In this document: piece by piece, positions 10,190 to 21,354 of the stretch
How the letters are laid out: the number at the start of each line of letters is the position of its first letter
Numbering within the stretch: position 1 is the stretch's first letter
NCBI GenBank assembly: GCA_051362555.1
Contig: CM120647.1
Location: forward strand, 1,488,001-1,552,000
Length of the DNA: 64,000 nucleotides
DNA from: Lingula anatina
Lineage: Eukaryota; Animalia; Brachiopoda
Direction: 5' to 3'
The notes under the pieces: model-generated
Told to the model about the DNA's origin: nothing
Seen by the model: only the letters and a program-made list of their open reading frames with translations
Database searches by the model: none
Made by a program: the position numbers and the translations under genes

Positions 10190-11335
10190 TTATAATCGGG
10201 TAGTTAAAGTAGTAGTGGACGCCGTGATTGGAGTTGTTGTCGCATTTTCTCTGCTTAAGCACTGTCCGTCATTCCCAGAACCGCTAGCTGGGGTTTCAGC
10301 GTTCAGACGACAACGAAAACACTCTTTGAAAAGTTTCACCAACTCGTCCCGAAATACTTGAGCCGCCGCAACAAAAAGAAAAAAGTTAGTGTTGTGATTC
10401 AGCAAACCTACCAGGAACAATATAGGTCGTATGTACTTGATCTGCAAAAAGCGTTCTATGAAACTGGCACTTCCTATATCGAATACGATTACAGTTTCCA
10501 AGTAGACGTCAACGATAAAAATGGGCAAAGTGAGCAAGATAAACGCTGTCAGTGTCGTTAACAATAGAATATTGACTTTGGTGTTCCTGGTTCCACTGCT
10601 ATCACCGTGCTGCTGATGACCAGCCAGTTGATGTCTTACGGAATGGATCTTCCTAAGTTTATACACAATGGCGACCGTCATCGCTGTAATGGCTATTGTG
10701 ATTACGAACCACACCACATACGTTGCATACTTAAAAACGGAGATAAAATGAAATGCTGTTTCTCGATTTACATAGCAAATTACTATCAGTGGAGAACATA
10801 ATAATAAAACCAGAGGAATAGGAACAACAGAAGTCAGCAAATCCTTTCGTCTCGTGCACAGAGAAGCTGCTTGCATAGGTTTGAAAATCATTATAAGTCT
10901 CTCTACGGTTAACACCAATATGTAATATATGGAAAGGCAATAACATGTCAACTGTAAAACATTTATAGCCTGCTTTACCTTGCACGAAGGTGTCAGACCT
11001 GTTCGTTCATCAACAAAGATGCAAAAGAAAGATAGGAACGACAGACGTAACTGATCCGCACCGGCAAGGAACAGAATATAAACGAAGGTGGATTTCTGTC
11101 TAAGACCCAGACTTCGAAGAACCACCAGGAAGGTGAAAAAGTTACCAACCAGGCCGATGGATGTCAGGATGTGCACAGTGTTACACCAACATTTCTTCGA
11201 CTCCATCCAGCAGTTTGGCTCTGGGGATAGCACGGTATCGTTCAAGTCGTCCGAATCGTACCTGCTAATATTTCCTTGGGAGACGCTGGTGCTATTAAAA
11301 AATCCAACATCGTTTTGATAGTCAACCTCATGCAT
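10190..11335 (-). CDS. Rhodopsin-class (class A) GPCR, paralog A, 381 aa, intronless CDS; FMRFamide-receptor-like/putative chemosensory group
   Basis: Seven hydrophobic segments, GLVGN (TM1), LAGAD (TM2), TVERL (DRY variant), NHNTNFFLF plus FRDEL helix 8, N-terminal NxS/T sequons. Confidence 0.92.
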   Translation of the reverse strand: MHEVDYQNDVGFFNSTSVSQGNISRYDSDDLNDTVLSPEPNCWMESKKCWCNTVHILTSIGLVGNFFTFLVVLRSLGLRQKSTFVYILFLAGADQLRLSFLSFFCIFVDERTGLTPSCKVKQAINVLQLTCYCLSIYYILVLTVERLIMIFKPMQAASLCTRRKDLLTSVVPIPLVLLLCSPLIVICYVNRETAFHFISVFKYATYVVWFVITIAITAMTVAIVYKLRKIHSVRHQLAGHQQHGDSSGTRNTKVNILLLTTLTAFILLTLPIFIVDVYLETVIVFDIGSASFIERFLQIKYIRPILFLVGLLNHNTNFFLFVAAAQVFRDELVKLFKECFRCRLNAETPASGSGNDGQCLSRENATTTPITASTTTLTTRL

Positions 11336-12117
11336 TGTTAGTATGTAGTCTTCGAGTTTATTCTATTCCCGTTGGTAGTCACCAATACAGTACTAGCTGT
11401 TCAGGAAAAGATGACAAACTAAACGCAGGTAGTGCGAGTATATCACCAATATCCAGTGTACCTTATTTTATCTGCAAATAAAAATCTCTTTCCGACTGGA
11501 TGGAGAATTGCTCTAGTAAAAGGGTGTCACTGACAATAGAAAATATTAAATTTTCATTTCGTCATCGCTCTCTCTCTTCTAATTGATGTATCAGTTTTTC
11601 TGTCAATGGCATTAATTTGTATGCCTTTTCTAAAAATCATTACGCTGCTTCAAATTGTTATAATAGAATTGAATGCATTGAAAGCTATTGTGCCTAATCA
11701 AGGCAATCTTACAAATGCATTAATTAGTCCGTATGCACAAGGCATTTCAACGTGTAAAAGCCAAGCTCGGCCTACTGCAGCACGATTAGTTACCACTATA
11801 ATAACGCGATGAACGGGCAATAAAATAATCAGATTTCATTCGAAGAAATATGTAATTAAATTAAATAATTAAATAACACCCTCAGAAACCTTATTTATTT
11901 TTGTAATACATAATATATAAATATTTAAAATCAAAACAAAGCTGCCACTTTTTATAGCTCAGCTGCGATAAGTGCATAAAGGACCCCTGAATACATTATA
12001 ATACATTTTAATACATTATAATAATATTTCCCGGCTAAATTATTAATATATTTCAATAACAGTTCCTGCAAACACCAAGTCTGATTCAGACTTCTATCAC
12101 GACTACAGAACACCAAT

Positions 12118-12389
12118 AAGGCCCGTAGACAGCAATTTCAAAAGGGGGCTTCTTTTTCTGAAAAAGTGGACCTTTCACCATGAAACTTTTATGTACCTAG
12201 ATAAAATTTTACTCAGAGGGGACCTTTTCCAGCAAAGAAAAAAAATGGGGGATTTTTTTCTCTGAAGAAGTAGAATTTTCACCATGAAACCTTCACGTAC
12301 CTAGATAAAACTTTACCCAACGGGGACATTTTCCCAGCAAAAATGGGGTGTGCTTTCGAACCCCCCGAACCCCCCTGGCTACGGGCCTG
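12118..12389. mobile_element. hAT-like MITE with (C)AGGCCCGTAG TIRs
   Basis: AAGGCCCGTAG...CTACGGGCCTG termini and an internal ~113-bp tandem duplication. Confidence 0.65.
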
Positions 12390-12596
12390 TCAATGTGCAC
12401 CAAGGCACCTAGCTTCATCAGAGATCCAGTGAGCTAGGCCTGTGGCTGCTGCTTACTGTACCCCAAAAGCACGCTTGTGGATGAGGGTTAAACACTGAAT
12501 AGATATCCCGTGGGGAAGTATTCAATCGGGTCTACCATACTTGACCCTCAGACTAGTTAGTCCCCTATACTGAATGGGGCATTATTTATTTTGTAC

Positions 12597-14617
12597 CTTT
12601 GCCCATTTCACGAACACAATTTCCCCTTCTTCATATTGGGAGATGGGATGTTTCTTGGCATGTTGATGTTTCATTTTTTGGTTAGCAATGGATTTTACAT
12701 CATCAGCCCTCTTGTGAATTGCCTTTAGCAACGACATACGGTCCTTGACGGCTTCTGCTCTATTTTGTTCATTGCTAGTAATTTCCTGAAATCAATTAGT
12801 CACTGAACAACTGAAAGGTCAACATTGACAAACATTAAAGATGCATGTACATTGTCTACAACTCATAGAAATATGTTCTTTTTTTACTAAAAAAAAAAAG
12901 GGCAATACCCAAGGTGACCAACTGGATGGGAGCAGTGAGAGCAGTCTATGATCGCATTCACAACGAGTTGAGCCAGGCTTTACAAATCCTGGGGACTAAA
13001 TATGGCGGACGTACATGAAAGAAAAACCGCCTAATCTTTTAATAGTCTCTACGCCTCTCACATGCCTCCCCATGTGTCATCCCAATGGAGCCGAGATTAA
13101 ATGCCTGTCCCCCCGCAGGGACGACGTGTGGGGAGGCGTGTGAGAGGCGGAGAGACTATTAAAAGATTAGGCGAAAGATTTTCTTTCATGTACGACCGCC
13201 ATATTTAGTCCCCAGGATTTGTAAAGCCTGGCTCAACTCGTTGTGAATGCGATCTATGACAGTGTGTTTGAGGAGGGCCATAGAGGACCCATGCCCATGT
13301 AAGTAAGTACAACTGAACTGACCTCATCATTGTTGCAATTTCCTATGGACTGTTTACTGTAATTGTACTGCCTTCCAAAGAAGACATTAAAAGGTGTCAT
13401 CATGCCTGCAATTAAAAGATGTTTGTAATAGCCTGTAATACATCATGTTGCAAACCCCCTCCTCCACTTAAAATTTTTGCTTGGACCCTTCATTACATCA
13501 CCACCTGTGAGACTCATTAAGCTAGGGATAACACTGCTTCATTTCAAAAGGTATTATAGTCATTAACAACAAAGTACAAAAGATCTGTGTCATGTAGAAC
13601 CTATAGACCATATATGTACCTAACGATGAATGTGCCAGGTTATTCTGAAGGAAATCGTATGTAGACAGCATTTGTGTCCAGTCAAAGCTGGGACCATGTT
13701 CAGCCATGTCTTGCTCCACCATTCTTTGAAACCCCTGATGACTGCATTCAACCTGGACAAATATATATAGAATAAATCAATGGGACATATTTATTTAAAA
13801 TGATGTCGAGTTTTGGTTGTATGAATGTTCAGTCCAATTAGTATGGCATCAGTTTGCAATGTAGTATTGACAGTATAGGTGATCATTACATGAGTCGGTA
13901 CTTGCCTTTCCTTGTGATTGTGGATGGTATGGGCGGCCATTAATTATGGTAACACCCACTTTCTCCATTAGTGCTTGAGTGGCACTCTTGAACTCCCCAC
14001 CATTGTCTGCCTGCAGTATTGTTGGAGGTCCCACAACAGAAAAGTGGCTGCACAGCGCAGCTGCAACCGCCTCAGCAGACTTCTCTTTTAATACCACTCG
14101 TTTAACAAATCTACTAAACACATCCAAAATTTCTAGCACATACTTGTACCCATTTTTTTATATTTATTCATGTCTATTAGATCAACTTGGTTGATTTTTT
14201 GAGGATGGGAAGCTACAACCGGCTTTATTTGGGGCACATTGTCAAATTTTGGGCGATTTTGCGGCATTTTATTTAAAGTAGATAAAATTGGAGCCCTGCC
14301 AATGCCACTAACCGAGTTTCGTATGTGATAATACAATTTTTCTTTTCCAGCCCCTTTTGTTTTGGTGTGTGCCTCTTTTATAATTTGGGTATTTCTGACT
14401 TTTTTGGCACCACTCTCCCTTCCCACATGATTTCTGTTTTTCCATTTATTTCTTTTAGTGAATATTTTCCAGAGTCAAATCGTCTCAAAGCTGCACGGGC
14501 TTTGCCTGTTTCTTTAACTTTAGATCTCTGTTGCAGTTCACTGCGCAGCTTTCTGCCACTCAACAAATTGTGCAGCATTTCATAAAAAACATCATCAACT
14601 GCACTGATTCCACGGTC
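12597..14617 (-). pseudogene. Spliced retroviral-type DDE integrase (exons 14617-13906, 13752-13620, 13405-13323, 12785-12597) with two frameshifts
   Basis: QVDLIDM...LDVFSRF...GPPTILQADNGGEF...GRPYHPQSQGK|VECSH...AHSSLG|MMTPFNVFFGR...|...YEEGEIVFVK. Splice junctions keep the frame. 1-nt frameshifts at ~14385 and ~14155. Confidence 0.85.
12950..13254. mobile_element. Near-perfect palindromic MITE inside an integrase intron
   Basis: ~135-bp inverted arms starting GATCGCATTCACAACGAGTTGAGCCAGG, with TAT on both flanks. Confidence 0.85.
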
Positions 14618-16599
14618 CTGAAATAATGTTAAATCTGTACTTGATTAGGTATAGCTAAATAATTTTAAAAAATGAAAATAAAATATCAATGTTACCTTTG
14701 GCTTCTTTTTTATGATATACAGATTCTGTCAGATCAGTTTGATATGTTTCTCAAATAAGATTTTTATAACACTTTGCTATGAACTTGATTGTTACATTGG
14801 AGTTGCTTACCTTTCTCTCTCTCCTCAGTTGATTGCTTTCCTCTTTGCTGGTATTTAAATCACTGTCCTAAAGTATTTAAAAAAAAAAAACTTCAATCAT
14901 TTTGAAAAAAAAAAAGTTAATTGTGCACACGCGGGAGTATGCTACACTTTGTAAAAGTTAATGTTGCCTGAACCAGGAAGCAATTTAGCAAGTAATAATA
15001 ACTGTAATGAATACTATTCCCTTACGTTATTCACATTTGTTTCCTTTTCTTCTAGATCTCCCGAACTGTCTTCTACCTTTGCGTTGTCATCATTCTGTAA
15101 AATGCAGTCATAAGATAGCAAATAAGTCTACATGAAATTATTGACAAAAATGTAGGGATGAAAGGTAGCAGTTTGATATTTTGAATAAGTTATATGCGAG
15201 TTATATACAAATTCATAATTGTACTTATTTGTGAATTCCTTTGGTTTGCTTGTTTGTTAAAACATTTGCATTTGAATTGTATATTTTGAAATCCTTACGT
15301 TCTGCAATCCTATGGAGTAAGTTTTCTCCTCTGTCCCAGACAGGCAACACCCTCATCAATCTGTAAACCAAATTCAATAAATTAAATATAAATATAGATT
15401 TTTTATACAAATCCATTCATGTACATTTTTGTCAATACATTTTTCTGTTTGAAAAAGTTGAATGTGAACTAGCATCTTTATCTAACTTTTCTATTTTCAG
15501 TTCAACAGTAGTGCCATCATCATCTTCTGTAACTTTAATCTGAAGTAATTATTAGAAAGTGGAATTAATATCAAAAACGTAAGTTATTTAATTCTTTCAT
15601 TATTTACAGCAAATACGGTGTAAAATCAACATTAACTTTTCATTGAATATTCTTGGTAATAAATTCTTGACATTTTTTCAGGCATGGAGACAGCTCATTT
15701 ACTCATATACCGAAAAAACTTCTTAGAATTTGGTGAGACACATTCAGTTGTTTACTATTGCACTTAACTGCTATTTTTATTTCATTCAATTATAAATAGT
15801 AATATATATGTAGTTATAGATATAGATTTTTTATTTATTCATTTATTTATTTATTTATTTTTATTATTATTATCATTATTTTTTTTTTTTTTTTTTGCTA
15901 TATTGTACTTGCCTTGCTCTCAATGTTTGGTAAATCTGTACCACTGAACTGCACTAAAGCCCATTTCTGATTTTCATCTGTCTCTTGGAAATGAATTTAT
16001 TGAATTGGGGTTCCAGCTGTTAGGTGGTATTAGAAGTGGAAGAATTTGTTTGACATTAAATTATAAAATTATACATATTACATGTTATTACTCTGTTAAT
16101 TGATGTCATGTATTTCCAATTGTTATAGTATGCCGTGTCTTTAGTTCATGTTGTAAACTTTAAGTGCTTTTCAAAATATTTTTCAGAGACCACTAAGAAT
16201 AGTTGGCTGACAAAATGTGTTTAATATATCATCCACCAGATGCTGTATGGGATCATGCCAAAATCTTCATGAACAGTTATTAAAATGGCTATAAGAAATG
16301 TGACTGTAATAGAGGCAACATCCCTGTACAGGAGAAAGTCAAGACAACTGGATAAGGCAGAATTCAAAAGGAAAAAGAAATGCATTATTCTTATATTACA
16401 CAGATTGCAGTGGATTTCATATGGAAGAAATATCAACACAGTTGTGTGCATTGTGAATAATAATACAGACTAGTTATCCGAGCTATTACATAAGATTTTG
16501 TTATATAGGCAGATAAACGTATTAATTCTTGGAATCACCACTTGCTTGGATTACTTGCAAATGCTTACAAAACGAAGTTTTCTGTTTTATCTGGGCCAC

Positions 16600-16949
16600 A
16601 TTGTAAGAGGCCCCACAACAGCAACGGTCTCAGCAAATGTCACTTGCTTTACAAATCTACTAAACACATCCAAAATTTCTATTACATATTTGTACCCATG
16701 TTTTATATTTATTCATGTCTATAAGATCCACTTGATTGATCTTTTGGGGATGGGAGGATACACCCGGCTTTATCTGGGGCACATTGTCAAATTTTAGCCG
16801 ATTTTGCAGCATTTTATTCAAAGTAGATAAAATTGGAGCCCTGTCAATGCCACTAACTGAATTTCGTATGTGGTAATACAATCTTTCTTTTCCAGCCCCT
16901 TATGTTTAAGTGTGTGCCTCTTTTATAATGTTGGGTACTTGTGACTTTT
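16600..16949 (-). pseudogene. Partial duplicate of the integrase core exon
   Basis: Colinear with ~14015-14402 (YYHIRNSVSGI...QVDLIDMNKY), with internal deletions. Confidence 0.85.
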
Positions 16950-17665
16950 AAGAAAGTCATACAACTAATTATCAAATGCAACGTATTTATAAAAAATTGA
17001 TTCCCTCTGCACAAACATTAAATTTCTGCTAATCGTTTTCTTAGTCAATATTGTGTTTATTTTCTATCATTTTCCTTCTTTCATTATAAGGATTGAAGCA
17101 CTATTTTGCCAATTTGATATTTGTTTTAGTAGTCTTACCTGTTAGTGCGTCCAAAATCGTTCTGATACGGATTTCTTTATAATGCTTAGGGATATTTTTT
17201 GTTTCCCGCACTTTAGTCACGTGCGTGAAACAACATGCATCAAAATCAATATTTCATTTACATGTTTGAAAATAATTAGAATTCAACATTTATCATAACA
17301 TTACATATAGAAAGCTTATTTTAAGAATGAGCTTTTTTGAAAATTCCCTCCCGTATCAACTTAAGTGCTTGTCCCGAAGAGCATCATGAATTAAGTAAAT
17401 AACATTATTTTTCTTTTTTAATGCGTGTCATACAAATTATATACAAAAAATATATATATATATATATTTTTATTTATCAATTGCACACGTTTCGCTTGGG
17501 AAAACAATCACGGAAAATGCCGATTGTGCTGAGATGGTAACTCTGCTCGCCTTCACTTCAGCATTGCTGTAGATGTGCCGGTGTTCTTGTGTAATTGTGT
17601 TATGACGTCATCACTTCATGCGCTCGTCCAATGATATTTGAGGATCCAAGGATAGACCCGTCACA

Positions 17666-17680
17666 AACCTAGCTCTGCTA
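17666..17680 (+). pseudogene. 3' remnant of a duplicated tRNA-iMet (positions 59-73)
   Basis: AACCTAGCTCTGCTA followed by the same downstream flank as 3586 onward. The 5' part is replaced by the Ginger terminus. Confidence 0.85.
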
Positions 17681-18426
17681 ATAAGTTTTTCCCTTTCATA
17701 TTGGTCCGCTTCAACTATTCAAAATAATTCAAGCTTTGTTTTGACCGGTGTGCATGCAGTTTGATCGAAATGCAGTGGCCGATTTAGTGAAGGTGGTGTC
17801 AGGGGACCCTGCCCACCCCCCTTCTTTTGATTTCTAAAAAAAATCACACCAATCGTCCCCTCTTGAAATTAGAATTTTGACTAGCTGAATCACAGTTATA
17901 AACCGTATTACCTTGTAAATAGCCCTTCATCGTGCCCCGAGGGAGTAGGCGCGTCGGCTTTGCATCCGCGGACCGTGGCAGGGCAAGTTGGTCTTAGGAT
18001 CGGAGCAAGTTGGCACCCTACTGGTGTACTTAAATGCAGTGAATATCTATATAGTAATAGCAGATCAGCTGAAGTCTCCTTTTCACGTTTTTCATCCAAA
18101 CTACAACGATCTGTTAACAACTGACAAGTGTTAGCAATACCTAAGAGCAGTGGGAAGATGGTGGTCCTAGTTTGAATTTGATCATGAGTGTTAAAAGTAT
18201 ATTTTGAAGGAATTTTCTAGCAATTGGTAATTTCCGTACAGCTTCGGCATATGTGACAGGTATCATATATTGTCAATTACACTATATCATATAGCAAGAT
18301 TTGCTGCAGGCCCGTAGCCGGGAGGGGGGGGGTTTCGAAGTAGCCGCCTTTTTCTCTGGGAAAATGTCCGCTTTGAACCAAAATTTGATCTAGAATATAT
18401 GTCCTTTTTCCATTTCGGTCAACTTC

Positions 18427-18494
18427 GGCTGGCCAAGTGGTAATGTCCGTGGCTTCCAAACACGGCGGAGTGAATTCGATTCCTACTCAGTCCG
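18427..18494 (+). pseudogene. Degenerate tRNA-like element, copy 2
   Basis: Paralog of 4357-4424 inside the duplication. Confidence 0.5.
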
Positions 18495-18517
18495 TTTTTT
18501 TCTTTGATTTATCATCA

Positions 18518-18563
<46 letters not shown>

Positions 18564-19880
18564 ATGATTGTTAACCGTTTTGCACCTAATGGCAAGATGG
18601 GAAGGTTGGCTTTTATTTTATTTTTTTCTATTTTTTTTTACCGGATTTCGGTTGAAAATGCATGTCATAAACAAATGCAATGTCACAATTACCATGATAA
18701 CATATTAGGCATCATTTATAAATTACACCAAATACTGTTCACTGTGGTGTCTGTAAAAGTCTACTAAATCACCTCTTCGCGAACTACATGTAGAAATTTA
18801 AGCGGAAAATGTTCACGCATTGAAGACAACTTTTCGTCTCATTTATCAGAAAATAATTATTCGTTTGTGGTGTTTTGTTCATCATACACGAAAACATTAA
18901 GATAAAATTAAACATAATAATTTATAGGAACTAACGTGCTTTGTATTGGTTAAATACTCGAAGTAATGTAGAAAGCTTTTACACTAACACGGAAAACAAT
19001 TTTTATATTATATTACAGCTAAATAGCATAGCTAAAACATTAACCCCAGCTACCTGTAAGTTAAGAACTAATGGCAGCTTAGATTAAATCAGCTGGTTTG
19101 CTCTCTCCATGCCGTCCGCGGTAGACTTAGAGCTGGCACATGTGGAAACTATCGAACGACTTTCACATTAATGAATAATTGTATTGAATTTCAGTGTAAC
19201 AATTTCCATTAACGAATTAACCTATCTACAGGCTCCGACATGACTCCAAATCCGACTCAGTCTTTCACTTTACGTGCACAAAGAAGCATAACAGAACATC
19301 CTCACATCAGTTCCAACTCTAAAGTGTGTTTATTCTACACAAGCATTCAAATTTTATACACATTATGTACAGGGAATCTATGCGTACAAGTGGCGGCTAC
19401 TTATTTACATACTAATTGTTGTGCAGTATTATACCAGGTGATATGTATCTGTCTCAGGCATACCTATAGGCCTCTATAGAGAAAAATAAGTATGTATGTA
19501 TTACAGTGTATTACAGACGTGAATTAAATGTCAACATGTTGACTAAATATGATTATACAATGTGGAACTGGTGCAGGATTTTGCAGAATTGAACAAGGTG
19601 TTATGGAAAAACAACATTCTGAAAAAACCAAAGCTAAGAACATGTATATTTTTCAAAAACACCTTCAATTGAGACTCATTTGTTAGGTTGTCCATGGATA
19701 AGACATTAAGATCAGTACTGTGCCAATTTAGATGCGGAATACTGCCGCTGAGACTAGAGACTGGCCGCTACGTGGGGGAAGAGGCTTCTCTCCGCCTTTG
19801 CTAGTTGTGTGATAAGAGCATGATTGAGAATGAGAGTCAGTAGGCTTGTTAGTGACCAATAAATGGCCAAACGCCGCATT

Positions 19881-20001
19881 TCGTAAAAGGGCCATACCAA
19901 CACAAAATGATGCCAAGTTAGACAATTGTACTATAAAATGCAGCGTTTTACCCGTTAACAAGCCTTCTATCATTTTGTGTTGGTATGGCCCTTTTACGAG
20001 G
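19881..20001. mobile_element. Internally collapsed copy of the foldback-like element
   Basis: TCGTAAAAGGGCCATACCAACACAAAATGAT ... ATCATTTTGTGTTGGTATGGCCCTTTTACGAGG. Confidence 0.8.
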
Positions 20002-20255
20002 ACATACGATGTAAGTTTCTGGGAGACGTGGACTGTAATCATGTTGACAGGGAAGAGTTATTTCAAATGCTAACAGACTTAGTTGTCAATAAAACTAAAG
20101 GCATGGCATGTTATTTAAAGAACAGTTTTAGTTAACGGTGGTCAGTTCTATTCAGAGCTCAGGAGTCTAACGTACCAGAAATTATAGTGCTTGCGTAGTC
20201 ATAACTTTCAACCTTAATCATAGTTGTTTCTTTATTTTAGATATTTATTTATTTA

Positions 20256-20286
<31 letters not shown>

Positions 20287-20640
20287 TTTTTATTTTTATT
20301 TTTATTTCATTTTTTTTTTAATTTTATTTTTGCATTGTTTCTGAGATATGTACAAGGTCGGTGACTTGTAGGCCCATGAGGCCGGGTGATTTGTATATCT
20401 GTATCACATGTCACGTTAATAAATAAATACCATAGTAATTACAAGAAGTAAGGTAGAAAGCTTTTAAACTAAAACGAAAATCAATTTGTATTATTCTATT
20501 ATAGCTTTACCGCATAGCTAAAATACTAACATCAGCTAAGTGAAGAACTAATGGCAGCTTAGATGGAATCAGCTGGTTTGCTCTTTTTAAAATTGCAGCA
20601 GGAACTATATGGGAAGTATTCCCAGAAGTCGTTCATTTAT

Positions 20641-21354
20641 TCGAACTCGCGGTGAAGGCGAAATAAAACGTCATCGACTTAATTCGTTTGAACGGACGGA
20701 AACAAGAGAAGACAGACAGCAACTGGCGTTTCAATAGAAATTTTATTATTATATTTTACTATAATTAAGAACAAACGGTATTAAAATCAATTCGGGCGCT
20801 CTTTACCTATTCTAGGACTAAACATACGACCTATGCTAATAATAAAAACATTGAAAATTAAAAACAAAAGATTTGTAGAATTTATGGGACTCTATTCGCG
20901 ATCTATGATCAAAGTACTACTGATAAACATTAACGAGAGAAAAAAGATAGGCAACAGCCATGGGGCAATACAATGTTTACGATCGGGTGGAGCTTAGACT
21001 GAGGCCCGTTGTCTATTGGTTGATTGGTATAATCGGGTGGAGCTTAGACTGAGTCTCGCTGTCTATTGGTTGATTGGTATAATCGGGTGGAGCTTAGACT
21101 GTCTATTGGCCAGTTGTCTATTGGTTGATTGGTATAATCGGGTGGAGCTTAGACTGAGGCTCGCTGTCTATTGGTTGATTGGTATAATCGGGTGGAGCTT
21201 AGACTGAGGCCCGTTGTCTATTGGTTGATTGTGGACTAATTAGTTAAAAGCTGACAGATGCGGGCTACCCACTCCTGGGATTTCGGCAATTCTGAAACTT
21301 TTCTAGCTCGTTTGAAGGAATCGTTCTCTGAGCGAAAACTGCTTTTCGTTAGAG
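20641..21354. mobile_element. Insertion with a terminal hairpin and internal tandem repeats (Helentron/HINE-like)
   Basis: Absent from the A and D 3' flanks. An internally deleted version lies at ~27090-27195. Terminal hairpin CTCTGAGCGAAAA-CTGC-TTTTCGTTAGAG. Confidence 0.45.
20982..21231 (+). repeat. 50-bp minisatellite, ~5 copies
   Basis: Unit ATCGGGTGGAGCTTAGACTGAGGCCCGTTGTCTATTGGTTGATTGGTATA; the third unit is a 56-bp variant. Confidence 0.95.

Larger units (their letters stand above)
12597..17665 (-). mobile_element. Ginger2-like (KRBA2/SCAND3-type integrase) DNA transposon, intron-rich, one terminus visible
   Basis: Spliced integrase exons at 12597-14617 and further candidate small exons up to ~17200. 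The terminus reads TGTGACGGGTCTATCC on minus starting at 17665. The opposite terminus was not found. Confidence 0.75.
17666..19880 (+). repeat. Segmental duplication copy 2 (paralogous to 3571-5340)
   Basis: Colinear high identity by eye. Confidence 0.9.

Noticed and set aside
10190-11335. Paralog A as a recombinant chimera (B/C-like TM4, D-like TM6-ECL3)
   Set aside because: A simple tree (D,(A,(B,C))) explains the sharing without recombination; it cannot be claimed without a formal test.
14140-14170. Programmed ribosomal frameshift in the integrase A-run
   Set aside because: The two copies are out of frame here by different amounts and a second unrelated frameshift exists, so homopolymer decay or assembly error is simpler.
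20982-21231. CRISPR-like array
   Set aside because: Units are contiguous with no unique spacers, the context is eukaryotic and there are no cas genes; it is a minisatellite.
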